From positions 53,146-117,145 of the forward strand of contig CAILIB010000015.1 in assembly GCA_903834195.1 (NCBI GenBank): a DNA stretch of 64,000 nt, written 5' to 3'. The notes below the pieces were generated by a model. The model did not search any database and was not told where the DNA came from. It saw only the letters and a list, made by a program, of their open reading frames with translations. The position numbers and the translations under genes were made by a program. Each line of letters starts with the position of its first letter. Positions within the stretch are counted from its first letter, which is position 1. This DNA is from an uncultured Candidatus Berkelbacteria bacterium (GTDB lineage: Bacteria; Patescibacteriota; UBA1384; CAILIB01). Shown here in pieces: positions 52,988-61,105 of the stretch.

Positions 52988-53836
52988 TTAGCCAAAATAC
53001 TGATTAAACCGCTTCCGAATTAACCCAGCCTTTTTCGGATTATTTTCCAAAATTAACACTGCTTTAGTCTTCTGGTGAAATAGTCCAAAAACCTCAGGCA
53101 CATTCAGTGCATCGATAGTCAAGGTATTCATGTACAAACTCTCGATTGCATTAGTAGTCTCAGAGTCTAATTGCAAGCTGATAATCAGGTCACCAACTAC
53201 ATCAAAATAGAGTGATTTCTTCCCGTGGTACAGGCTTTGAGCTGTTGAAAACTCGACATGGTTTTTATCCCAAAACTGCTCAGCAAACCGATCTAGTGGA
53301 GTGATGTCGCCGATAATTAAGTATTGCTTCACATTAAACTTGTTCAGACTTTCAATGTACTGCTGCTCGTTGTCGGCTTTGATCAGGTTGTACCAATTAT
53401 GTGGTGCCCACCCGTACACATGGGTATCTTTTGAGTGATTAATTGCAAAGGTCAGAACCTGTGACCAGAAGTTGTTCAGTGAGTACAGTGTGGCAAAACG
53501 CCAACGAATTTTTTGACCCTCAAGAGGAAGCTGGATTAAATCAAACGAATCAAAGTAGGTAGTAGATAGTGTATAGGCGAAGTGCACGGCGTCTGTAACC
53601 CAGGGGATTAACAGGCTATAGCGCTTTTTTACACGCACAATGGTTCCTAGGTCTTGCAGTTTTGCCAGTTCTTTAAAAACAGCGCGCTGGCTAAATGTAT
53701 GCCCCTTACTGTGAAGAGTATTAATGATTTCGACAACCCCAATATTAGCCTGCTGGGCAAGAATGGTAACAATTAACTCGTCGAGTTTTTGATCTTGTGT
53801 GAATAAAATAAGTGTACTTTTAGTGCATTTATTAAC
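52988..53836 (-). CDS. winged-helix regulator with C-terminal unknown domain; N-terminal wHTH lacks a canonical start codon
   Basis: The frame is open from stop 53837-53839 and encodes LDELIVTILAQQANIGVVEIINTLHSKGHTFSQRAVFKELAKLQDLGTIVRVKKRYSL. The first ATG/GTG/TTG is GTG 53638, after the HTH. Confidence 0.5.
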   Translation of the reverse strand, partial: VNKCTKSTLILFTQDQKLDELIVTILAQQANIGVVEIINTLHSKGHTFSQRAVFKELAKLQDLGTIVRVKKRYSLLIPWVTDAVHFAYTLSTTYFDSFDLIQLPLEGQKIRWRFATLYSLNNFWSQVLTFAINHSKDTHVYGWAPHNWYNLIKADNEQQYIESLNKFNVKQYLIIGDITPLDRFAEQFWDKNHVEFSTAQSLYHGKKSLYFDVVGDLIISLQLDSETTNAIESLYMNTLTIDALNVPEVFGLFHQKTKAVLILENNPKKAGLIRKRFNQYFG

Positions 53837-53889
53837 TCATACTATACCAGCTTCTTGCTGATTTGCGAGGCATTGCGTACAACAAGCAC

Positions 53890-54267
53890 ATGACAAAATT
53901 ACCACACTCAAAAAAGGCTCCCTATGGAACCGAACTGCTCATTAATCTTCATTCCTGTGATACTTCAGTTTTCACTGAGCAGTCACTTTTGAAGTACCTT
54001 GTTGATATCTGTGAGCAAATAGACATGAAGCGGCATGGTGAGCCGATGTTCTGGTTTGATGATAGTGACATTGAACACTTGCGCGGTGTTTCAGCTGTTC
54101 AGTTTATTGAAACGAGTACGATTGTAATCCACAGCTTGGATATTTTGGAAAAGGTGTTTGTGAATATCTTTTCATGTAAACCTTTTGATCATGAGCTTGC
54201 TGCTGAGTTTACTGCACGGTATTTTGGTGCGCAAGGGTATACCAAGCGAACAATGGTACGGGACTAG
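53890..54267 (+). CDS. S-adenosylmethionine decarboxylase-related protein (SpeH-like fold)
   Basis: GTELLINLHSCD...SAVQFIETSTIVIHS...VNIFSCKPFD resembles small bacterial/archaeal AdoMetDC proenzymes. Start taken as ATG 53890. Confidence 0.5.
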   Translation: MTKLPHSKKAPYGTELLINLHSCDTSVFTEQSLLKYLVDICEQIDMKRHGEPMFWFDDSDIEHLRGVSAVQFIETSTIVIHSLDILEKVFVNIFSCKPFDHELAAEFTARYFGAQGYTKRTMVRD

Positions 54268-54278
54268 ATATAGAGAAA

Positions 54279-54308
54279 ATACCACCTGGTAAACCAGATG
54301 GTATTTTG
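54279..54308 (+). terminator. rho-independent terminator
   Basis: ATACCACCTGG-TAAA-CCAGATGGTAT (one mismatch) followed by TTTG. Confidence 0.65.
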
Positions 54309-54461
54309 AAATAAAACATTACAGAAGGGAGCGTAGAATAGCTTCCCACTTTTCGGCAGAGCGTTCGATATTATCAATAAGAACCACATATATAAAAATT
54401 GTGTTGTTTCTGTTAGCTTTTTTTGAGCGTACTATAAACTAAATATATTAATTAAGACCAG

Positions 54462-54905
54462 ATGATTCTTCTAATCTTAATTTTCTTCGCAACAGTTTTT
54501 TACACTCTTTTTGACTTCTTTGCCTCTAAAGCGAGTAATCAGTTAGATCCCAATTTTAGTGCAGTGCTCTTTAATGGTATTGGAGCGCTTATTCCTTTTG
54601 TGGTGTATGTATTTTATAAACTTAGTAAGGGTGCACAACTTATTACTACGACCCGTGCCGGAGTGCTAAATTCAATTCTTGCCGGAGTCTCAATCGCACT
54701 ATTCTCTATGCTTTTGATAAAAGTTTTCGAGAAGGGCGGGTTAACCTATGTCGTCCCGCTGATTTATGGTGGAACAATTGTACTTGCGAGTCTTTTGGGT
54801 TGGCTCGTTTCAAAGGAACAGATTACTTTGCTACAAGGGTTGGGAATTGTTGTCATTGCATTGGGAATTGGGATGGTTGTGGTAGGGAAGGCACAGGTTA
54901 TTTAA
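54462..54905 (+). CDS. small DMT/EamA-like transporter (single 4-5 TM domain)
   Basis: 147 aa with a hydrophobic repeat pattern and a C-terminal LLGWLVSKEQITLLQGLGIVVIALGI segment typical of EamA domains. Confidence 0.55.
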   Translation: MILLILIFFATVFYTLFDFFASKASNQLDPNFSAVLFNGIGALIPFVVYVFYKLSKGAQLITTTRAGVLNSILAGVSIALFSMLLIKVFEKGGLTYVVPLIYGGTIVLASLLGWLVSKEQITLLQGLGIVVIALGIGMVVVGKAQVI

Positions 54906-54942
54906 ATACTGCCCAATATATAAGCTAAAAGTACAACGACAT

Positions 54943-55347
54943 ATGAACACATCCCTAAAACTCAACAAGCACGCACTCGGCCTGATTGGGCTACTCGCAG
55001 TCCAATACCTACTCGGCATGTCGATTAACCTCTATGTAAAATTTCCAGAGTCACAAACTCAATCCGAGCTTTGGAACTTTTCAATGAAGCAGCCACTCAT
55101 TACTTCGCATATTGGCGTAGCTATACTGTTGTTCTTCGGCGCGCTGGTGCTCGTATATAGTGCCCATAAAACCCAGAGTACTGCCTGGAAAATTCCAGCT
55201 TGGACCGGGTTGATTGCCTTACTTGTGGCAAGTTCTGCAGGATCGCAGTTTATTCCAACTCAATCTGATCCGCAGTCATTTCTTATGGCTGCTGCGTTTC
55301 TTGTGGCGTTTGGTGCGTATGGTTGGGGTGTGTGTCGGTCAAAATAA
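54943..55347 (+). CDS. membrane protein, 4 TM
   Basis: 134-aa hydrophobic ORF. Confidence 0.45.
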   Translation: MNTSLKLNKHALGLIGLLAVQYLLGMSINLYVKFPESQTQSELWNFSMKQPLITSHIGVAILLFFGALVLVYSAHKTQSTAWKIPAWTGLIALLVASSAGSQFIPTQSDPQSFLMAAAFLVAFGAYGWGVCRSK

Positions 55348-55364
55348 TCTAATGTAGGATAGAG

Positions 55365-56339
55365 TCAATCGGGGTCGTCCCAAGTGTTTAATGCCTCGCT
55401 AATTCGGTCGATACAACTATCCTCAGGAAACTTTTCATTCAGCATGGCAAGAGCACCAGTAAGATCTGTGCGACACTTTGGCGTGTGACAGTACTCAGCT
55501 GCTGCATCTACCCACCCAGTGCCGAAGTCTTCTCTAGCAAGCTTTTCACAGATAAGATCTTCGACAAGATCATTGCGTCCCATTCGGGCAAGGCCAAATA
55601 CTGCCTCTGCGTATACATCACTGCCAGGTATTTCATTTTTAAACCGCTCTATAAATGCAGTTTCAACCTCGGGTGTGAGATTGGCAATAAAGTTGTGCAG
55701 CTTGAAACAGGCCCAGTCCCGATTTTTCTCGATTGGGTCACGAGTTGCGTCAATATATGCTTGGAGTGCATCAGCTTCAAGTATGTTGTGGGCATCGTCA
55801 TCGTACGGGTACAGTACATGAAGGGCTTGAATAGCGCCGAAGCGAATATCGGGGAGCATGCTCTGAAAAGCCTGTAGTATGTATGGGCGAAAATGTTCAC
55901 AAACTTCAACACCTACACTATCATATTCCATTTCGCATACAGCATCGAGTGAGATTTTAGCTGGGCCGTAACAGGGATCAATAAGGAGTGTGTCGAGTAT
56001 TTCCCATGTCCAACGTAAATTATGGGCATACTCCTTAATAGATTTTGCGTAGGATTTTCGATTGGTTTTATACGGGATAACTTTCCAGCCTTGCCAAAGC
56101 ATTTGAACACATCCAGCGGCTAATTCTCGGATATAAACGTATTTGTCCATGTGTAACGGCGGTAGTATCGTTTGCATATCCAAACTTGCTGAATACTCGA
56201 GAAACGCTTTTAGATCTAGATTCTCGTCCCTCAAACCATATTTTGACGAGTTCTTAAAATACGCATTACAAAGACTATCCAACTGAAGTACATCCTTCCC
56301 GTAGGTCTCAAGTTTTTTGAGTGCGTTTTTGTGGGGCAT
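55365..56339 (-). CDS. hypothetical protein with HEAT-like helical repeats
   Basis: 324 aa, helical, with repeats such as DIRFGAIQAL and VYAEAVFGLARMG. Confidence 0.4.
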   Translation of the reverse strand: MPHKNALKKLETYGKDVLQLDSLCNAYFKNSSKYGLRDENLDLKAFLEYSASLDMQTILPPLHMDKYVYIRELAAGCVQMLWQGWKVIPYKTNRKSYAKSIKEYAHNLRWTWEILDTLLIDPCYGPAKISLDAVCEMEYDSVGVEVCEHFRPYILQAFQSMLPDIRFGAIQALHVLYPYDDDAHNILEADALQAYIDATRDPIEKNRDWACFKLHNFIANLTPEVETAFIERFKNEIPGSDVYAEAVFGLARMGRNDLVEDLICEKLAREDFGTGWVDAAAEYCHTPKCRTDLTGALAMLNEKFPEDSCIDRISEALNTWDDPD

Positions 56340-56350
56340 GGGTTTTTTGT

Positions 56351-57313
56351 TTATTTCAGAATGTCATGATACAAGCTCATGTCGATAGAAAAACCAGCAG
56401 GAAAAACGTCTTTCCGACCGTCTCTATAAAAGCGAACCAAACCAGTTTTACTTAAATCAAGACCGGAGTTGTTACCAAGAAACGTAGTGTAAAGACTTTC
56501 AAGTGAATCTGGGGAATATCCCTCAGGCTGACACGAGAAAACAACATCCTTGCTACCTAATAATGCGTATTTAGTAAAATATGTGAAGTTCGCAGGGGCA
56601 TCATAGTATTGTTTGATGACATTTGAGAGTCCTATACCGTTACTATTTACTGTAATTTCTCCTTTATCTGACAGATTCAATGAGCCATCTGATTTTCCAA
56701 TTGCAGACTTACACGAAGCAATGATTGAGTCGTTTGGTAATTGATCGATGGGTGGAGCTAGAATCACTAGATTGTCATCACCACTAACTCGTTCTATAAA
56801 AATTGAATGGGTATCTGCGTGCAAAACTACTTCAGTAGCTCGATCTCCTTCAACAACAGTGATGTGTGATGGTTGTTTCTCAAGGTCTTGAGTAAGGGAA
56901 ATGGTGAGTGTGCGTGGGTCTATCCCATCAGTTCCACCGAGGTTTTTAGTGCACGTTCCACCTGTACGTGTTGGATTAAGTGTTACCACAATTCCGCCGT
57001 CCTTTTCAGTTTGTGTGTACTCACCCTTTGCGTCTTGCCAGTTATCTCCACAGAAAAGTATTTGTTCTTCCGAAAAAAGCGTAAGACTATACGTAATTAC
57101 TGCTGGTTTTCCATCGAAAAACTGCACGGAACTGCTTGGAATGGCCTTAACACTACCCCAATCATATTTTTGTTGAGGCAGATTTTGAACGTTGTGGGGT
57201 GTGAGAAATACCCAGAGCATGAGGAGTACAAATATAAAAACAGCAATGGTTATTACCATTGATTTCAATTTAATTGTTTTTAGCTGGCGTTCTCGTTCAG
57301 TTTGATTTTCCAT
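56351..57313 (-). CDS. membrane-anchored extracytoplasmic protein, unknown function
   Basis: 320 aa with a single N-terminal TM helix. Lies 11 nt upstream of the HEAT-like gene. Confidence 0.4.
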   Translation of the reverse strand: MENQTERERQLKTIKLKSMVITIAVFIFVLLMLWVFLTPHNVQNLPQQKYDWGSVKAIPSSSVQFFDGKPAVITYSLTLFSEEQILFCGDNWQDAKGEYTQTEKDGGIVVTLNPTRTGGTCTKNLGGTDGIDPRTLTISLTQDLEKQPSHITVVEGDRATEVVLHADTHSIFIERVSGDDNLVILAPPIDQLPNDSIIASCKSAIGKSDGSLNLSDKGEITVNSNGIGLSNVIKQYYDAPANFTYFTKYALLGSKDVVFSCQPEGYSPDSLESLYTTFLGNNSGLDLSKTGLVRFYRDGRKDVFPAGFSIDMSLYHDILK

Positions 57314-57404
57314 ATACCTTACCGAAATTAGTGCGGTTGATATTTAAATACATACTAGCACATGTTTTTTTGTATAAAATAAATGGCTTTCATAAGTAAT
57401 AATA

Positions 57405-57432
57405 TTGACATTTCTCGAGATTATGTTATGAT
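57405..57432 (+). promoter_or_regulatory. promoter for Fur-like gene
   Basis: TTGACA (57405-57410), 16-nt spacer, TGT-TATGAT (extended -10, 57424-57432). Confidence 0.6.
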
Positions 57433-57486
57433 TGCCGATGCAAGAAAATCTGTCGTCGGACATGATGCTTGCAACAGGAGGATACG

Positions 57487-57936
57487 ATGAAGGATGGGAA
57501 AAGCACCTCGATGGTGTCAGCATATGAGGAATTCGCTCTAAAAGCATTACGTGAAGCGGGATACCGCATCACAATGCCCAGGGTGCAAGTCATCAGGGTA
57601 TTAGCCGGCACTAAGTGTGCACTTAGCGCATATGCGATTCACGAAATGATCATTTCCGGTGGCGGGAAAATCGACGTTGTTAGTGTGTACAGGATACTGT
57701 CCACATTGCAGGAAGTTGGTGTCGTTATGCACATCGGCGTTGTCGATGGCTATTTCCCTCAGCAAGTGGCTGGGCTAAATAGTCGGTGCACCGAAGTCAT
57801 CGTCAATGAGGAGACAAATGATGTTGTCGAGCTCAAGTTGCCACAAGTGGTAAAAGATGAGATCGGCAAGCAAGCGGCCGAACAAGGTTTCGACATCTCG
57901 ACCCTCAAAATCGAGATCGTCGCAAAGCCAAAGTAG
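57487..57936 (+). CDS. Fur-family-fold regulator lacking canonical metal ligands
   Basis: LREAGYRITMPRVQVIRVLA...SAYAIHEMI...VSVYRILSTLQEVGVV is a Fur-type wHTH. ATG 57487 follows AGGAGG. No CxxC pairs or His cluster in the C-terminal half. Confidence 0.65.
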   Translation: MKDGKSTSMVSAYEEFALKALREAGYRITMPRVQVIRVLAGTKCALSAYAIHEMIISGGGKIDVVSVYRILSTLQEVGVVMHIGVVDGYFPQQVAGLNSRCTEVIVNEETNDVVELKLPQVVKDEIGKQAAEQGFDISTLKIEIVAKPK

Positions 57937-57975
57937 GCTTTCAGGGTCCCCCCAACTAAGGTGGGGACCCGAAAA

Positions 57976-58012
57976 ACAGAGGTATCAACTACAATTGATG
58001 GCTCTGTTTTTT
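57976..58012 (+). terminator. rho-independent terminator
   Basis: ACAGAG...CTCTGT outer stem with an inner ATCAA/TTGAT helix, followed by TTTTTT. Confidence 0.6.
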
Positions 58013-58052
58013 ATTACGCCGAAAATTGATTTCAAGATCATACAATCCAGTA

Positions 58053-58811
58053 TTATTTCTTTGCACTATCCCAAATCTCCATAAACTGTTTCCGGGCAAA
58101 GAAAGCAAGCTCCTTAGACTGAACCACAATTAAATTTGTAGCATTACCTTGAATAGTTTGATAGCAAACCTGATCATTCCAAATCCATTGCTGTACTTTT
58201 GGGCTAAGTGATTGTGACGTATAGCGAGTCTCTGTAACCGACCAGCCAACTTCCTCGTTATGTTCTTCCGACTTTTTACCTTCAGGAAGCAGACAGAGTA
58301 CGTTAATACCGCGTTTTACCTGTTGCTCCATGTAATTGGTGTAGAAGTCTTTGTCGAGTTTATACCAACTCTCCAAATTTCCACTAGAGTACACATAAAA
58401 GTCATCACCAGGTTTAGCTTTCTCTAAAAAGTATCGGTACCAATCGCGCATCGAGAGAGGTGAGTCGTAAATAGTTACGAGCGGAACTTCACTCGGCGTG
58501 TTTTGCATGTTTGTAAGAGCGGGGACTACTGCATCGAGGCGGGCTTTTAAATCTTCAACCAAAACAAATAATTGGCTTGGATGAAGTGCCTGGTACAGTG
58601 TGCGTTTTGCGTAACGCACTTCTTTGATGAGTCCGCGATCGAGGAGTTCGGGTAACAAAAGATAGATTGCCTGGCGACTTGTGTTTAATGTACGCGCCAT
58701 TTGGGCCACATTCGCGGTGCCAGCCTGCAAAAACTCTAAGAAGAGTTTTGTTTGGCTCCGGCTTATTCCTAGCCGGTTTAGCGTTTCGTAAATAACTTTT
58801 GTATCTTCCAT
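58053..58811 (-). CDS. TrmB-like regulator, paralog 8 (closest to paralog 4)
   Basis: MEDTKVIYETLNRLGISRSQTKLFLEFLQAGTANVAQMARTLNTSRQAIYLLLPELLDRGLIKEV; ends FMEIWDSAKK. Start chosen by alignment with paralog 4 (the ORF-track GTG at 58832 is possible). Confidence 0.75.
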   Translation of the reverse strand: MEDTKVIYETLNRLGISRSQTKLFLEFLQAGTANVAQMARTLNTSRQAIYLLLPELLDRGLIKEVRYAKRTLYQALHPSQLFVLVEDLKARLDAVVPALTNMQNTPSEVPLVTIYDSPLSMRDWYRYFLEKAKPGDDFYVYSSGNLESWYKLDKDFYTNYMEQQVKRGINVLCLLPEGKKSEEHNEEVGWSVTETRYTSQSLSPKVQQWIWNDQVCYQTIQGNATNLIVVQSKELAFFARKQFMEIWDSAKK

Positions 58812-58951
58812 GTGTACATAATAGTATGACACATTTACGACTCTTAATCAAGTGAAACTGAAAAATTGACAATACACCGCTTGTTAGTTTTTACGATTTA
58901 TTATATTGTTACGCCTGTCTGAAAGCTCGTTATGAGCTCTAGGAGGAACAA

Positions 58952-59647
58952 ATGAACAATACGAATTACGGTGATATCGTCAACGGCTTCGCGGCCCATA
59001 AGAAAAATAAAGAGTCCATCGATTGGCGCCTTGGGTACACGCCTGTACTGCATGAGCTTGGCAATGTTATGGGTCAGAAGATTTTCGATCTCGGTTGTGG
59101 CCCTGCGAACTTCAGTGCTGGACTTACTCAATTAGGCGCACATGTGATCGGCGTTGATTCTGATAGTACGGTTATTGCAGAGGCTCGTGTGGTTGACCCA
59201 TTAGGTGACTACAGAGTGAGTCAAGGGTGTTTAGTCGATGAATGTGCCGGTGTGAAAATCGATATAATCATTGCCACCTTTTCTCTCTGTGCCATGGCAG
59301 ATTGTGAATTGCATCCTGTCTTGCATGATTTACGCAGAATGCTCAAAACCGGAGGAAAGTTCATCATTCTTGAGCCAAATCAGGAGAAATCAAATGGTGT
59401 GAAGTATGCAGATATACACTATCACTATAAGGAGGGAGTAAAGACGGGTGATTTGGTTGATGTGACATTAGGTGATCAACCGATTCCACCAGACATTTAT
59501 CGCACACATGCTGACTATCGAGAGTTGCTGGAGGAGGCTGGTTTCATTATTGATGCAATGACTGAGCCCGTGCCGGATCGAGCTGAAGAGGGTGAGAGAG
59601 AATTGGAGTTAAAATATCCGCCGTTTCTCCTCATCACGTGCCATTAA
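58952..59647 (+). CDS. class I SAM-dependent methyltransferase (paralog of 36449-37210)
   Basis: IFDLGCGPANF motif I. AGGAGGAACAA precedes the ATG. Confidence 0.8.
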   Translation: MNNTNYGDIVNGFAAHKKNKESIDWRLGYTPVLHELGNVMGQKIFDLGCGPANFSAGLTQLGAHVIGVDSDSTVIAEARVVDPLGDYRVSQGCLVDECAGVKIDIIIATFSLCAMADCELHPVLHDLRRMLKTGGKFIILEPNQEKSNGVKYADIHYHYKEGVKTGDLVDVTLGDQPIPPDIYRTHADYRELLEEAGFIIDAMTEPVPDRAEEGERELELKYPPFLLITCH

Positions 59648-59737
59648 TATGGCAATCGTTCGGAAAGATGTACACATACGTACATCTTTCTCATACGGTT
59701 AACAATTAACCGAAATTTAATAAATAAGTGTACGAAT

Positions 59738-60304
59738 ATGAACAAACAACATCCGTTTATGGATTGGGCTAAAGAAGTGCTAGGAGATAATCTTGAGGCT
59801 TTGGCGCTCATGGACAATCGCAAGGAGCACATTACAAAGGCGTTCCGCGAAGTATTGTCAGGGTACGAAACTGACCCAACTACAGTTTTGAAAAAAGTTG
59901 CAAAAACCGATTCTTTCTCTGGCCTCATTTGTGAGGCGGGGATTAAGTATCAATCAATGTGTCGGCATCACTTTTTGCCGTTCTCTGGAACGGTGGGAAT
60001 TGTGTACGAACCGGGTGAAGACTTGTTTGGCTTAGGAAAAGTGGCACGACTGGTGCAGGTTTACGCCAAACGTCTTCAATTTCAGGAGAAATTGTCTCAG
60101 GAGATTGCTGATGAATTTATGCGTGCAGGTGCAAAGGGCGTGTACGTTGAAACCCGGGCAAAACATATGTGTATGGGACATCGTGGCCCAAATGATCCTA
60201 ATGCAGTTGCAGTTGTGACTGTGGCACTCGGAACACTCAAAGGGTATGATGCTGAGCATACGGCTCACCAAATGATTACCTACTCACATGGGCATGACTG
60301 TTAA
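59738..60304 (+). CDS. folE: GTP cyclohydrolase I (FolE type I-like)
   Basis: SMCRHHFLPFSG (compare CEHHLLPF), GLGKVARLVQVYAKRLQFQEKL and HMCMGHRG (compare HYCVKARG) align with FolE catalytic blocks. Confidence 0.8.
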   Translation: MNKQHPFMDWAKEVLGDNLEALALMDNRKEHITKAFREVLSGYETDPTTVLKKVAKTDSFSGLICEAGIKYQSMCRHHFLPFSGTVGIVYEPGEDLFGLGKVARLVQVYAKRLQFQEKLSQEIADEFMRAGAKGVYVETRAKHMCMGHRGPNDPNAVAVVTVALGTLKGYDAEHTAHQMITYSHGHDC

Positions 60305-60743
60305 TAGATCTGCTGTCGAAGCGCTTTTAGAAAGTGAAATTGTCCTAACCCTTGCCACTTCAGGTGGCGAGGGTGTTGGGGCATGTGATCTTTTATTTAT
60401 TCATAATGAAGATCTGACGCTGTTTTGGAAGTCGGCGACACAATCGCGCCATTCGTTGAATATAGCTGAAGGTTCCAGAGTGGCAGGTACAGTTACATCA
60501 CGATTAAAAAATGGCTGCGGTGTGCAAGTGGTTGGATTTGCCAAACCTACGGACATGCAGATTGAATCTCTAGAACAAAAACTGAGTGAAAAACGACAAA
60601 GGTTTTATGGCGCGAAAGTGGCTCGTCGCGAAGAAGAAAAAGAAGATGGTCGTGTTTGGTATGAGTTAAAACCAAAGTGTTATTATTATATGGATGAAGA
60701 AACGCTGGGGTATGAGCGGGTGGAAATTCGTATACATAGGTAA
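60288..60743 (+). CDS. pyridoxamine 5'-phosphate oxidase-like FMN-binding (split-barrel) protein
   Basis: VLTLATSGGEG...LFWKSATQSRHSLNI pattern. Overlaps the folE 3' end by 17 nt (alternative ATG 60294). Confidence 0.6.
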   Translation: MGMTVNRSAVEALLESEIVLTLATSGGEGVGACDLLFIHNEDLTLFWKSATQSRHSLNIAEGSRVAGTVTSRLKNGCGVQVVGFAKPTDMQIESLEQKLSEKRQRFYGAKVARREEEKEDGRVWYELKPKCYYYMDEETLGYERVEIRIHR

Positions 60744-60745
60744 AT

Positions 60746-61105
60746 ATGACCACAAAAAACTATCTCGGCACTGTAGTTTCTGAAAGTCTGAACGATGCAC
60801 GGTTTTTAAATACCCTCCATGTTACCGGAGGGTGGATTAGTAATGACGATACTCCAGAAGAGCAATGGCATCTTTATACAGTGCTTATGAATGAAGAGGA
60901 TATACAGCGATTATCCGAGCATATTAAGGAAGGGTGGTATGCCCACTTTTGGAATGAAAAGCGTCATATTATCGCCATATTTAGTGGCAAAATGTTTGAA
61001 TTCGAGTACGACAAGAAAGAATCATGGCATGAAGCCGTTCAATACGGATTATTTGTAGGTATTCCATTGGAGCAGTTAGATTTTGTAATCGAGACAAATC
61101 GTTAA
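60746..61105 (+). CDS. hypothetical protein (last gene of the folE operon)
   Basis: 119-aa ORF starting 2 nt after the upstream stop. Confidence 0.4.
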   Translation: MTTKNYLGTVVSESLNDARFLNTLHVTGGWISNDDTPEEQWHLYTVLMNEEDIQRLSEHIKEGWYAHFWNEKRHIIAIFSGKMFEFEYDKKESWHEAVQYGLFVGIPLEQLDFVIETNR

